Assembly (NCBI GenBank): GCA_945860915.1 | Contig: CAMARR010000011.1 | Span: 1,394 to 65,393, forward strand | DNA: 64,000 bases | Direction of reading: 5' to 3' | From: Candidatus Kuenenia stuttgartensis | GTDB taxonomy: Bacteria > Planctomycetota > GCA-002687715 > CAIWVZ01 | Shown: one piece after another, positions 25,516-35,977 of the stretch | Layout: each line of letters begins with the position of its first letter | How positions within the stretch are numbered: position 1 is the stretch's first letter | Position numbers and translations under genes: made by a program | The notes under the pieces: generated by a model | Told to the model about the DNA's origin: nothing | The model's database searches: none | What the model saw: the letters and a program-made list of their open reading frames with translations, nothing else

Positions 25516-28226
25516 CAGCTGACCCAACGCATCCACCCACGCTTCGAAGTCGTCTCGCACGATTCATCGGAGCCGGACTTTCCGCAGGCCTCGTGCTTGC
25601 GGTCATCGACGCAACGCTGCTCCTCACAGCCGGCGTCATCCATGTTCGCCCGCTCGTCCTTTCAAGCGCGTGGTGTGTCGTCGGCGCCGCGGCGGCGGTC
25701 ATCATCGCGCTGGTGGCGCCGTTCGTCACCAGCCCGCGCCGGGTCGCCATCGCGGGCGCAATCGCATTCGCGCCGGTCGCGCTTGGCGTCCACTTAAATC
25801 TCTTCGACGGTGCGGCGGCGTCGCAACTCCCAGCACTCGGGCTCTTTAAGTGCGTGGTCGCCGCCGCGATTCTCGGCTCTGGTGCCTTCGTTGCGACGGT
25901 CGCCGTTCGATATAGATCGAGCCGCGCGACTCTCGCCGTGTGCGGCGTGTTGCTCGTCGCAGCAGCTACGGCAGCCCACCTTCTCATTTATCCAAAGCAG
26001 TACCCAAACGCGCACGACGTCTTGATTGCGCATGCGATCGCAGGCTCTCTCCTGTTCGGCTTTGCATTCCCATTGTCCCGCTCCGCTCTCGTCATTCCCG
26101 CACTTCTCGTGGTATCGGCCGCCGTGGGCGGATCAGATCCACTCATCCGCCCGATCGCAACTCGACTACCGCTTGCAAGCCGCTGGCTGCCGTCGCTTCT
26201 GCCTGATGGCAACGCACATCCAAGTCGCCCGCCGCACGTATTGCCAGCCTGGAGTGACGCGGATCTCACACGATCGCTGGGGATGCTCCGCGACGGCGGA
26301 ATGCCCACGCGACCTAATGTCGTCTTCGTAACCATCGATGCGTTGCGCGTGGACAGGGTTGCCGCCTACGGCGCGCCGAGTCGACTAACGCCCCGTCTCG
26401 ACAGTGTCGCGGCGGCAGGAACGGTCTTCATGCAGTGCCGCGCCCCCGCGACGTTGACCTACTGGTCAATCATGTCGATGTTCACGGGCCTTCGACCAGA
26501 TCGAATCAAACTCCATCCGGAGCCCGACGCGCTTCCAATTCTCCCGCGAGCGCTCGAGGATGTGGGCTATCGAACCTATGGCTCGTTTCCTTCGTGGGCT
26601 GTGTTCCCAGATTCCGCGGACTCGGCGCGGCAGGGCCCCACAAGTCTCGGATTCTCCACTGTAGAGGACCGTGACGTCACCGACACGGAGCGTGTCGCGC
26701 TTCTAGCGAAGTGGGTTCGCGAGAACGGTAACAACCCGTTTTTCGCATGGGTGCACCTGATGGCGCCTCATGCTCCTTACCGGCCTCGAGGGGGGCCGAT
26801 TTTTGGGACCTCCGCGGCACGGCGCTACGACGCCGAAATCCTCGATGCAGACGGCGACCTAGGGTCGCTCGTCGATCAACTCGTTACGGCTGGTTGCTCC
26901 GCCAACACAGTGTTCATCGTTTCAGCTGACCATGGAGAGGAATTCGGTGAGCATGGCGCGGCGTTCCACGGCCTAACGGCCTACGACTTTGCGGCGCATG
27001 TTCCGTTGGTGATCGCCGGGCCGGGCATTCCAAAGAGCCGATTTGAATCCCATGTTTCGCTCACGGACCTCATGCCATCGGTCCTGCACATCGCCGGCGC
27101 ATTTCCTGTTGCTGCACTCGATGGCAGATCATGGTTCGTTCCAAGCTCGATCGACAATCCTGACCGCGCAATTTTCATCGAGCAACGCATCCCAATCCAT
27201 AACGTGTGGCTTCGAGCTGTTATTCGTGGACGGCACAAGGTGATCTTGGACTTCAACAGCAAGACCCATCAGCTTTACGACATCGCAGCCGATCCAGCGG
27301 AGTCGAAGGACATCTCGGGTACTGGATTGCCTGCAGAATCTGATCTCTTGGGACTCGCCTTCGCACCACCACCTCCGCTCGAAGCGATGCCCGACGCCGA
27401 GCTTCTGAACCTAGAACGTCTAAAGCGTGTTGGCGAAGGAGGCGTGGATCGCTGGGGATCCCTTCTCCTCAGCCCACGGTCACGACTTCGGATTCGCGCC
27501 GTTGAAGCCCTCGGTGCGTTGCCCGACGCGCGCGGGCGGGCGACGCTTCGCTGGTTCGCCGAGGCCTTAGGACCAGCGACGGATTCGGAACGCCTTCGCG
27601 CCTTGATGCTCGCGGTACCGGAGCGTGGCGATCTCGAGCACGCAGATCCACGGTTTCGGCTAGCGTTTGTCCAATACGTAGCCAAGGACGGTCCACCTCT
27701 GGATCCAGATGCGTTGCTTGAACACTTGCGCAAGGAAGACAACCGTACAATCGTGTACGAGATCCTGCGCGGAACGAGCTGGGCAAAACGACCACCGAGC
27801 GAGCCGGAGCTCGAACGCTACGCTGCAACCGCGGACGAATCGGGCATGCTCGCCGCGCGAATCCTCGCAACCCTGCGTGTTGATCCTTCAGGCCGGGCAA
27901 TTCCCGGCAAGGCGGTCGTCGATGCCTCGATGGCGCGTCCGATTGCCATCGGAGCGGTTGGCGTTGAAGTCACCGTGCCACCGTCCACAGGCGAAGCTGG
28001 AGTTCTCAACTGGATCCTCTTCTGGTCAACAGAGGACATTTCTCAAGCCGCCGTTTTCGTGGTTTCGGGGGGCGCCACTCTTCCGTCAATGGTCTTCAGG
28101 CAAAACGGCGTTCTTGGCATTGCGCTCTCACAGGGCCCAAAACCCATCACGCTTCAAGTCCTAGGGAATAAGGTGCGCCCAGTATTCTCGGCCGCGCTCC
28201 GTGCTGCGCCTCCCGTCGGTCGCTGA
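25512..28226 (+). CDS. membrane-anchored alkaline-phosphatase-superfamily (sulfatase/LtaS/EptA-like) enzyme with C-terminal HEAT-like repeats
   Basis: Polytopic hydrophobic N-terminus of ~250 aa. Catalytic-domain motifs VVFVTIDALRVD, APATLTYWS (no CxPxR/SxPxR formylglycine motif), WVHLMAPHAPY and SADHGEEFGEHG. Helical-repeat tail. GTGA overlap with the upstream gene. Confidence 0.8.
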   Translation: MTADPTHPPTLRSRLARFIGAGLSAGLVLAVIDATLLLTAGVIHVRPLVLSSAWCVVGAAAAVIIALVAPFVTSPRRVAIAGAIAFAPVALGVHLNLFDGAAASQLPALGLFKCVVAAAILGSGAFVATVAVRYRSSRATLAVCGVLLVAAATAAHLLIYPKQYPNAHDVLIAHAIAGSLLFGFAFPLSRSALVIPALLVVSAAVGGSDPLIRPIATRLPLASRWLPSLLPDGNAHPSRPPHVLPAWSDADLTRSLGMLRDGGMPTRPNVVFVTIDALRVDRVAAYGAPSRLTPRLDSVAAAGTVFMQCRAPATLTYWSIMSMFTGLRPDRIKLHPEPDALPILPRALEDVGYRTYGSFPSWAVFPDSADSARQGPTSLGFSTVEDRDVTDTERVALLAKWVRENGNNPFFAWVHLMAPHAPYRPRGGPIFGTSAARRYDAEILDADGDLGSLVDQLVTAGCSANTVFIVSADHGEEFGEHGAAFHGLTAYDFAAHVPLVIAGPGIPKSRFESHVSLTDLMPSVLHIAGAFPVAALDGRSWFVPSSIDNPDRAIFIEQRIPIHNVWLRAVIRGRHKVILDFNSKTHQLYDIAADPAESKDISGTGLPAESDLLGLAFAPPPPLEAMPDAELLNLERLKRVGEGGVDRWGSLLLSPRSRLRIRAVEALGALPDARGRATLRWFAEALGPATDSERLRALMLAVPERGDLEHADPRFRLAFVQYVAKDGPPLDPDALLEHLRKEDNRTIVYEILRGTSWAKRPPSEPELERYAATADESGMLAARILATLRVDPSGRAIPGKAVVDASMARPIAIGAVGVEVTVPPSTGEAGVLNWILFWSTEDISQAAVFVVSGGATLPSMVFRQNGVLGIALSQGPKPITLQVLGNKVRPVFSAALRAAPPVGR

Positions 28227-28287
28227 TTCCATTAGCACCGTAGCGGACACGCGACTGTCGCGCTAGCGTCTCCCGGCTCCAGTTACC

Positions 28288-29529
28288 ATGTCAACGCCCA
28301 GCCGCACGACATTCATCATCATTCTTGTTTTCGCCATCGGTCTGGCGTCGTGCGGAGATTCAACGCCCCCACAGAAAAGTCCGCCATCGAATGAGGCCTC
28401 CGACACACGTCCGATGCCTCCGCCGCAGACCCCGTCTGTTCTCCTTGCCAAAGCGATCGCGTGGCATGGCGGTATGGAACGCCTCCGGTCACTCAAGACA
28501 TGTCGACTCCGTGCGCATGGCCGGCAGATGGGGCGACCCTACAATGTCACGGTCTTCTTTGATCGCCGAGGCTACTGGCGTAACGACCTTGAGATCCATG
28601 ACGCCATTCTTTCTCAATCGATAACTCCAACTGGATCTTGGGCAACGTTCGAGGGCGTTCCCGTGTCACTTGAGGAGCGTGACCGCGATGCCCTGATCGA
28701 AGGTCTGCGATTTGTGAGCCTTTCGCTCCTGACCGATCTCGTCACTAATCCTCGAGCAACGGTGACGGAAGTGGAATCGAAGGAGAGAGGGTCGCTCCTT
28801 GAGGTCAAGTACTCGGATGCACCGACAGGGCCATTCTCGCTTGCGATTGCGAGTGATGGACGCCTGACATCTCTCTCCTGGAACTCTGCCGTCTTCGGAT
28901 ACCGCGGCTCTCAATCGTCACGCATCGAGATTCTCGGGTATGGCGAAAGCCGTGGGATCAAACTTGCCACCGAAACTCAACTTCTCGTAGATGGCGCAGT
29001 CGTGCAACGAGAGTTCGTTAGTGAACTCGCGGTCGATGAGGACTTCCCGGCAGCGACGTTTAAGGCGCCAGAAGACGCCACAGAGCCACCAATCTTCGAT
29101 CGCATGACAGCCGGTGGCGCCTTCGCGTGGACGGATTCGGACGACCTCGATGATGGTGCCGAGGAGCGGTTGTCCAACTGGATCGAACGTCAACGGTGGC
29201 GCCGAGCAGGGCCGACAATTCGAACATTGCCGGAGGCGACGACGCGACAATCGGCCGTGATGATCGCTCTCGACATCAGCAACCCTGAGACCCGCCCGTC
29301 GACCCGGCCCACGACACGCCCAAGCGACGGCCCGCGCGTCCGCGACATCACATCAACGCGAGTCCTCGCGATGGCGGGGGCGCTCAAGTCTGGTTCCGTT
29401 GACGCGGCCGTCAGCCGCCTCAACCGCGAGGCCGCAGCACGCGGACTTGTCCCAGACGCGCCGCTACGCATGGTGCAATGGGGGCCCGATCGAGTCCAAT
29501 TCCAGTTGCCCGTTCGTGCGAAGAACTGA
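28288..29529 (+). CDS. lipoprotein of unknown function
   Basis: MSTPSRTTFIIILVFAIGLASC lipobox. 413 aa. No catalytic motif recognised. Confidence 0.7.
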   Translation: MSTPSRTTFIIILVFAIGLASCGDSTPPQKSPPSNEASDTRPMPPPQTPSVLLAKAIAWHGGMERLRSLKTCRLRAHGRQMGRPYNVTVFFDRRGYWRNDLEIHDAILSQSITPTGSWATFEGVPVSLEERDRDALIEGLRFVSLSLLTDLVTNPRATVTEVESKERGSLLEVKYSDAPTGPFSLAIASDGRLTSLSWNSAVFGYRGSQSSRIEILGYGESRGIKLATETQLLVDGAVVQREFVSELAVDEDFPAATFKAPEDATEPPIFDRMTAGGAFAWTDSDDLDDGAEERLSNWIERQRWRRAGPTIRTLPEATTRQSAVMIALDISNPETRPSTRPTTRPSDGPRVRDITSTRVLAMAGALKSGSVDAAVSRLNREAAARGLVPDAPLRMVQWGPDRVQFQLPVRAKN

Positions 29530-29534
29530 TTGCA

Positions 29535-30596
29535 ATGCGTCTCGCATTTCTATTGATCGTCGCATTCGTTGCGGTTGCATCCATGTACAAGCCCGGGCCT
29601 CCGGCTTTCTCACCAAACCAAGCCAAGGGTGCTTGGCTCGCCGCATCCGGTGGCACCCCTCTCGATGGTGCCGCAGCCGTAACGGCGTTGATTCGCCTTA
29701 AGGAACTCGGCGCGAACACGGTGGCCCTCGGACCAGATGTCATCCAGCCGCGCCTTGATGCTCCCGAACTTGAGTGGGGCTCGCATGACGCGTCGTTGCG
29801 CTTCGTCCTTCGGGCCGCGCGTGAGCTTGGCCTCCGGACTTTTGTCATGCCCCGCGTCGAGTCTCCCGACTTCTTCAAGCCTCCTTTTCCATGGCGAGGC
29901 AAGATGAGCTTCAAGGACTCGAAGGTTCGGGACGCTTGGTATGTCAACTACCGTTCGATGATTACGCACTATGGTCAACTTTGCCGAGAAGAGTCCGCAT
30001 CCATCCTCGGAATTGGGCTTGAGTACCGCGAGCTCGCGAAGGCCGATCCGAAAGAATGGCGCGCGGTTGCAAGAGCAGCACGCGAAGCCTTTGGTGGGCC
30101 GATCACTTACTCCGCAAACTGGGACGATTACGATCAGGTGTTGTGGTGGGACGCCGTCGATGTCATTGGTATCGGCGCCTACTTTGAGGTGCTTGAGGAT
30201 GGCCTGCCCGATCAGACCTTTGTCAATACTGCAACACTGACTCCACCCACGTTGCGACAGGTGGAAAAGGGCTGGGAGCCGATCAGGGCGAAGCTACGCG
30301 CGACAAGTGCCGCCGCCGGACGCCCAATCTGGTTCACCGAGGTTGGATTCACGACTTACGCCGACACCAACTACTACCCCTGGAGGTGGCAGGCCGAGCG
30401 CAAGGAGGACGCCTCGCAGCAAGCTCTCGCCTATCGCGCGCTCATCCGGACATTCGTTTCCGAACCCTGGTGGAATGGCGCCTGCTTCTGGCGTTTCTAC
30501 ACCCGCGACGCCGAGATGCCCGACTGCCGCTACCGCTTGACCCAAGAGTCGATCTGGGTGCTCCACGACGCGTGGTCTCGGCCGTCACGCGGCTAG
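29535..30596 (+). CDS. TIM-barrel glycoside-hydrolase-like protein (clan GH-A-like; GH5/GH113-type guess)
   Basis: ATG at 29535 followed by an N-terminal hydrophobic anchor. ILGIGLEYRE, ITYSANWDDY and PIWFTEVGF resemble clan-A acid/base and nucleophile strands. The family assignment is a guess. Confidence 0.55.
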   Translation: MRLAFLLIVAFVAVASMYKPGPPAFSPNQAKGAWLAASGGTPLDGAAAVTALIRLKELGANTVALGPDVIQPRLDAPELEWGSHDASLRFVLRAARELGLRTFVMPRVESPDFFKPPFPWRGKMSFKDSKVRDAWYVNYRSMITHYGQLCREESASILGIGLEYRELAKADPKEWRAVARAAREAFGGPITYSANWDDYDQVLWWDAVDVIGIGAYFEVLEDGLPDQTFVNTATLTPPTLRQVEKGWEPIRAKLRATSAAAGRPIWFTEVGFTTYADTNYYPWRWQAERKEDASQQALAYRALIRTFVSEPWWNGACFWRFYTRDAEMPDCRYRLTQESIWVLHDAWSRPSRG

Positions 30597-30726
30597 CCAT
30601 TCACCCACGACGAGCCGTGCAGTAAGTCGTTCGGCGTGCAAGTCTGCCCTCTTCGGGCGAATGCCATTCCGATTTGCTTTGGGTTGTGCGCGATCTTCGG
30701 CGAGTTCGGCTATCGTTCCCAAGCCC

Positions 30727-31404
30727 ATGCTCCTTGCCGACCTCTCAGAGACCGCTGCGGCCCTAGTCACCCTCGCCAACGAGGGCGGTTGGATTGACAC
30801 GTTCATCAAGGACCACGCGACTGATTGGGGGCTTCCGTTCCTGTGGACGCTGCTGCTAATCGCCGGACTTGGAATCCCAATTCCGGAGGACATCCCGATT
30901 GCCGCGGCGGGGCTCCTTTGCGCTCTCCAAGTCGTCGATGGGGTCGTTCCGTGGCACCAGCACGCAATTTACTTAGGGTGCGTGTACTCTGGCGTCTTGG
31001 TCGGTGACACCATTGTGTATTGGCTCGGGCATCACTATGGCGAAGCCATACTCTTGCGCCCCTTCATCGCGCGATTCATGACCCCTGCGCGTGTCGCCAA
31101 GGCTCGAACATTTTTCCAGTACCGAGGGGCACTCGCGGTCGTCATCGCGCGGAACATCGCCGGTGTCCGCTTCCCCACGTTCTTGATGGCTGGCATTACC
31201 CGCATGGGCTTTGTGAAGTTCATCGTCTGCGATGGCCTTTCGGGGCTTGTTTCTGTCCCGTTCTACTTCTACTTGGGCTTTGGAGCCGGAAAGAACATGG
31301 ACGTCATCAAAGCCAACCTTCCTTGGGTCATCGCGGGTCTTATTGTCGTTGCCGGGGTGGCCATATTGATCAAGCGCGCATTGAAAAAGGACGGCCTAGC
31401 GTAG
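30727..31404 (+). CDS. DedA-family (SNARE-associated) membrane protein
   Basis: GIPIPEDIPIAAAG, GDTIVYWLGHHYG and RNIAGVRFPTFLMAG are DedA motifs. Alternative start at 30661. Confidence 0.8.
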   Translation: MLLADLSETAAALVTLANEGGWIDTFIKDHATDWGLPFLWTLLLIAGLGIPIPEDIPIAAAGLLCALQVVDGVVPWHQHAIYLGCVYSGVLVGDTIVYWLGHHYGEAILLRPFIARFMTPARVAKARTFFQYRGALAVVIARNIAGVRFPTFLMAGITRMGFVKFIVCDGLSGLVSVPFYFYLGFGAGKNMDVIKANLPWVIAGLIVVAGVAILIKRALKKDGLA

Positions 31405-31465
31405 TGCAACGGTAACCCCGGCCCTGGCCCTTGCACGGACGGCGCGGGTGCCGGAAAGTGTCGGC

Positions 31466-32203
31466 ATGCTCAAGAACGAAGTCGCAATCGTGACCGGAGG
31501 CGGTGGCAACCTGGGTGCCGCCATCGCGCGCAAGTTGGCCGACGCTGGTGCATTCACGTTCGTCTGTGGCCGCACCGACTCGACACTGAAGGTCACCGTG
31601 GCTGAAATCGCAGCACGCGGCGGGACCGCCGACTGGATCACTACCGATGTCACCAATTACGAAGCCTGGGAGGACTTGGTCGACGAGGTTCAGCGTCGAG
31701 CCGGGATGCCAGTGTCAATTTTAGTCAACAACGCAGCCCGGTTCACGTGGCGTGCATTCCGCGACTGGGATGCGAGTGCGTTTAGGGACGTTATCGAATC
31801 CAACCTACTCTCGGCTATGTACGGCTGTCGTGCCGTGGTCGACGCGATGCATGCGCGGGGAGGGGGCTCCATTGTGAACGTTTCATCAATTCACGGACTT
31901 GTGGGTGACCGCAACGTGGCCCCCCATGTCGCGACAAAGTTCGGGCTCAACGGCCTAACAGTCGCGCTTGCTCAAGACCTGAAGGAGCAGAAGATTCGCG
32001 TCAACGCCGTCTGTCCGGGTGCCATCGAGAAGGAGCCCGCGAAAATTGCCCTGTTGGAGAAGGAGTGGCCGGGCTCACGCATGTTGCTCGCGGACGACGT
32101 AGCCGACATCGTGGCCTTCCTTGCGTCGCCAGCCTCGCGCGCTATGAATGGCGCGATCGTCCCGATCTACGGCAAAACACATCCGGGTGTGAAAGCTCTC
32201 TAA
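31466..32203 (+). CDS. short-chain dehydrogenase/reductase (SDR, FabG-like)
   Basis: VAIVTGGGGNLGAAIA, NNAA and SSIHG...(x)...KFG are present in classical SDR spacing. Confidence 0.9.
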   Translation: MLKNEVAIVTGGGGNLGAAIARKLADAGAFTFVCGRTDSTLKVTVAEIAARGGTADWITTDVTNYEAWEDLVDEVQRRAGMPVSILVNNAARFTWRAFRDWDASAFRDVIESNLLSAMYGCRAVVDAMHARGGGSIVNVSSIHGLVGDRNVAPHVATKFGLNGLTVALAQDLKEQKIRVNAVCPGAIEKEPAKIALLEKEWPGSRMLLADDVADIVAFLASPASRAMNGAIVPIYGKTHPGVKAL

Positions 32204-32265
32204 GAGCCCCCCCTCCTGTTCCATTGGAAATTACTGGGTACCATGGATTTGCGAAGGAGACCCGT

Positions 32266-32685
32266 GTGACCGGAACAGCTAGCCGACGACCGACCCTCTA
32301 TATCGACTTTCTCGCCGCGTTCTTCGTCGAGAAGGCGTCGGGACTTGAGGTAGCTCCGTTCGCCCGACAGTTCTTGGCGGCGGTTAAAGGTCGCTTCCGT
32401 ATCCGCTGCCTTTCGGAAATCCCGGAAGCGCAAGCGTTGACCATCACGCGCTCTCTCGGCTTCGACGCCGACTACGTTCACTGGAGCCGCAACCTTGGCA
32501 AAGCCAAGGTCATCGACATGAACGAGCCCTTTTATTGGATCGAGGCTGACCCCTCGCCGTCCGATCTCCTCCGACTTTCGGATGCGCGTTGTTCGGAGCG
32601 CCTCATCCCCATCGTGCGGCGTGAAGGCGTGACTGAGGCGACGCTCAAGAAGCTCGAAATGACTTTCGACGCGTCTGCGGGCTGA
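32266..32685 (+). CDS. hypothetical protein (139 aa)
   Basis: GTG at 32266 lies 6 nt after AAGGAG. The 5' part of the track ORF 32065.. overlaps the SDR gene. No motif recognised. Confidence 0.5.
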   Translation: MTGTASRRPTLYIDFLAAFFVEKASGLEVAPFARQFLAAVKGRFRIRCLSEIPEAQALTITRSLGFDADYVHWSRNLGKAKVIDMNEPFYWIEADPSPSDLLRLSDARCSERLIPIVRREGVTEATLKKLEMTFDASAG

Positions 32686-32689
32686 CCCC

Positions 32690-33754
32690 TCAGCCTCCGA
32701 TAGTCACAAGCATGCCACCCGTCGCAGTGGCCGGGCCAACAGCAGTCGGCACTCCGGACGGATCAAAGACGATCGCTTGAAGGGCAACCGATGCCCCAAC
32801 GAGTGACGACCAAGCCGGTATCGGCAAATTCCATTCGACTGCGCCGCTACCGTCCACCACGCCAGGGACTACGCCGAGCCACGTCCCAGGAGTCGGGTCG
32901 ACAAGCAGAGGAAAAGTCAGTCCCTGCACCCCGATGTCCATGTACGTCGGTGCATTGGACATCGCGAGAACCGCGGGCGCCCCGATGTAGGCCGATGACA
33001 CGTGCAAAGCGAACGCCGTGTTGCCGGTGAGCGGCTGACCGACTGTTTCGATCAACGGCGTACCGGTCGATCCGCCTACTCCGTAACCATAGGAGAGAAC
33101 TGCCCCGGGCGTTGCGGGGACAGTCCACGTCCAACGCGACTTCAGTGCATTGATGGCTGAGTTAGTCGGAGAGAATGCGTTCCAGCCCGAGGCATACATG
33201 CGCTGGAGCACGCTTTCACGTCTAAACGTGCCGTTCCAACCCGTCGTCGTGGCGCAAGTCGTTCCGGAGACAGTGACGAGGACGCCGACGTCGCGTACGC
33301 CGTCCCAGGCGAAAGGCGTCGTTCCCGACCAAAGTGGGCTCCATGTATTGGCTACACAGTTCCAGCTCACCGAACCCGTCGTCAGGTTGTTGATCAGAGA
33401 CGAGCCGCCGGCAAGTGCGCCCGCAAATCCAGAGATCATGGGTGACGCATTGAGGTGACCGATCGTCACACGAATCTGGGGGAAGTTGAGGGTTCCGGTA
33501 CCACTCGCAGCGAACGCAATGGATGTTGGCGAAGCCCCCACTGAGAGGCCTTTCGACTGCAACTCGGCAACTGGGAGAACCGTGAGCTCTGTCCACGACC
33601 CTGGAGTGGCACCGAAGTACGTCGAAAACGGGATCGCATTGCTCCCGGCACTTCCGGCCGGATTGAGATCGGGGAAACCGGTAGTCACAGATTGAGCCAC
33701 GAGGGAGCAGGTCAGAAGCGAGGCGAAGATGTATGACTGAAGCCGGAACTGCAT
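32690..33754 (-). CDS. secreted protein of unknown function with shared C-terminal module
   Basis: Signal peptide MQFRLQSYIFASLLTCSLVAQS. The C-terminus (YGYGVGGSTGTP...LVGASVALQAIVFDPSG...LVTIGG) matches the module seen in 3 other genes. Confidence 0.7.
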   Translation of the reverse strand: MQFRLQSYIFASLLTCSLVAQSVTTGFPDLNPAGSAGSNAIPFSTYFGATPGSWTELTVLPVAELQSKGLSVGASPTSIAFAASGTGTLNFPQIRVTIGHLNASPMISGFAGALAGGSSLINNLTTGSVSWNCVANTWSPLWSGTTPFAWDGVRDVGVLVTVSGTTCATTTGWNGTFRRESVLQRMYASGWNAFSPTNSAINALKSRWTWTVPATPGAVLSYGYGVGGSTGTPLIETVGQPLTGNTAFALHVSSAYIGAPAVLAMSNAPTYMDIGVQGLTFPLLVDPTPGTWLGVVPGVVDGSGAVEWNLPIPAWSSLVGASVALQAIVFDPSGVPTAVGPATATGGMLVTIGG

Positions 33755-33899
33755 GGCGTCTCGAGCTCCTATCGGGGCTCACGCAAAGCCTATCCCCGAC
33801 AATGGCTTGCGGCGAATCGGCAACGAAATTTGGCCTCGTCGCCAGTCCGATCGGAGTGCGCTAAGGTGGATTGCCGCACTCACGTGCGCCTTATCGCCA

Positions 33900-35918
33900 A
33901 TGACCCACGAACATTCGACCTCGTGTCCGATGGATTGCCCGGATGCGTGCAGCTTAACAGCGGTCGTCGAAGGCGATCGCTTGGTGGCCCTCAAGGGCTC
34001 CACGACGAATCCATTTACCGCCGGCTTCATGTGTTCCAAAATGCAGCGCTACCCAGAACGCGTGCACGGTGCGGACCGGCTTCACTATCCGCTCATGCGG
34101 AATGGGCCTAAAGGCACCAAGTCATTTCGTCGAGTGTCGTGGGAGGAAGCGCTCGCGCATGTGGCGAGGAGAATCTCGACCATTCGAGAAACCTTCGGCC
34201 CCGGGTCGGTACTCCCCTATCACTATGACGGCTCAAACGGTGTCTTCGCTACTGGGATGGTCGATGACGCCCTGTGGCGGTCGCTAGGTGTCTGCGAGCC
34301 CATACGCACCTTATGCGCGGCACCAGCATCCGGCGCTGCGACCGCCATCTACGGGAAAATGCCGGGCACGGATCCGACCGACCTTGCCTATTCCAAGACC
34401 ATCGTCCTCTGGGGGCAGAACCCTCGCGTCTCAAACATCCATCTCGTTCCCCACCTCAACGCGGCACTGGATCGCGGCGCCAAGCTTGTCGTGCTCGACC
34501 CTCGCAAGACCGGGATGGCGAAACGAGCCCACCTTCACGTTCCGCTGTGGCCCGGCTCGGACCTAGCGATCGCGTTAGCGCTCATCGCTGAGTGTGAGCG
34601 CCGCGGTTTGGTGGCGCACGAGTTCCTCAAGAATCACACACGCCATGCGGACCTCCTCCTCGCCGCCGCGGCTCCATGGACCTTGGAACGAGCGGCGCAC
34701 GAGGCGCGCGTGCCAGTCGCCACGCTGAAATCACTCGCCGATCTCTACCTCGGAACCGAGCGACCCGTCATGACTCGCATTGGATGGGGCCTCGAACGCA
34801 ACAGAAACGGCGACGGGGCCATGGCTGCGCTCCTCGCGCTTCCCGCAGTCTGCGGACACTTCGGAGTCCGAGGCGGTGGGTATCTTCTTTCGCAGTCGGG
34901 CGCCTGGCGTGTCGCCGCGCAGGATCTCGCGGGGGTGCCAGACTCGCCACGCCGCCACGTCAATATCTCCCAGCTCGCCACTGCGCTACGTGCCGACGAA
35001 GCTGAGCCGATCAAAGCGCTTATCGTGTACGACGCCAACCCGATGGTGTCGACCCCCGATCAGGAGGGCGTGCGCAGGGGGCTGCAACGCGAAGACCTGT
35101 TTACGGTAGTCATGGAACAGGTCATGACGGACACCTGCGACTACGCGGATGTGATCCTCCCGGTTCCAACGTTCATAGAACAGCATGAGTTGCACCGCGC
35201 ATACGGAACGAGCATCCTGCAACGCATCACCCCTGCCATTCCAGCCGTGGGTGAGTCCCGACCGAATGAGGTGATCTTCGCGGACCTCGCTCGACGACTC
35301 GGCTTTGAAGGACCCGCCTTCGACCCATCACCGGCCGCACTGGAAGCAAGGTGGCTTAAAACTGTTAAGGGCGCAGGCCCCGACGACCTCGATAGGCTGC
35401 GCGCCACGGGATCGGCGACATTGACTTCACCCACCGGTCGTCCGCCCGTCGCGTTTGTCGACGTCTTCCCGTACACGAAGGACCAACGGGCAGACCTACA
35501 CCCAGAGGAATGGCGCGCGAAGGGCGTCGACGTTTTCGCCTTTGCTCCAGACCCGAGCGTTCCGGAAACTCCCTTTGCCGTCCTCTCGCCGGCGACAGAC
35601 TCGACGATCAACTCGATCTTGGGTGAACTAAGCGACCGCACCCTGCCATGTCACATTTCGCCTGGCGATGCGGCCCTCGTCGGTGTATCCGACGGCGACT
35701 TTGTCAAGTTGAGCAATTCCACAGGGTCACTCGTCGCCAAGGCCACATTAGATCCAGACCTGCGACCGGGAGTCCTCGTCGTCCCGAAGGGCGTGTGGCT
35801 GCGCAATGGGCCGGCGCGAGCTACGGCCAACGCGTTGGTGTCCGAAGCAGTCACGCCAGCGACCGGAGGTGCGACCTACAACGACGCGCGCGTACGGCTA
35901 GTACGCCTCGATCCCTGA
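33900..35918 (+). CDS. cytoplasmic molybdopterin-dependent oxidoreductase (MopB/COG0243 superfamily)
   Basis: ATG at 33900. N-terminal 4Fe-4S cysteine group SCPMDCPDACSL...(x)...MCSK. Length and layout fit bis-MGD enzymes. No Tat signal. Confidence 0.85.
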   Translation: MTHEHSTSCPMDCPDACSLTAVVEGDRLVALKGSTTNPFTAGFMCSKMQRYPERVHGADRLHYPLMRNGPKGTKSFRRVSWEEALAHVARRISTIRETFGPGSVLPYHYDGSNGVFATGMVDDALWRSLGVCEPIRTLCAAPASGAATAIYGKMPGTDPTDLAYSKTIVLWGQNPRVSNIHLVPHLNAALDRGAKLVVLDPRKTGMAKRAHLHVPLWPGSDLAIALALIAECERRGLVAHEFLKNHTRHADLLLAAAAPWTLERAAHEARVPVATLKSLADLYLGTERPVMTRIGWGLERNRNGDGAMAALLALPAVCGHFGVRGGGYLLSQSGAWRVAAQDLAGVPDSPRRHVNISQLATALRADEAEPIKALIVYDANPMVSTPDQEGVRRGLQREDLFTVVMEQVMTDTCDYADVILPVPTFIEQHELHRAYGTSILQRITPAIPAVGESRPNEVIFADLARRLGFEGPAFDPSPAALEARWLKTVKGAGPDDLDRLRATGSATLTSPTGRPPVAFVDVFPYTKDQRADLHPEEWRAKGVDVFAFAPDPSVPETPFAVLSPATDSTINSILGELSDRTLPCHISPGDAALVGVSDGDFVKLSNSTGSLVAKATLDPDLRPGVLVVPKGVWLRNGPARATANALVSEAVTPATGGATYNDARVRLVRLDP

Positions 35919-35977
35919 CGAGATTCGACTTCCCACGGGCCCGGAGGATCCGCTAGGATGTCGCATCTACGGAGTAA

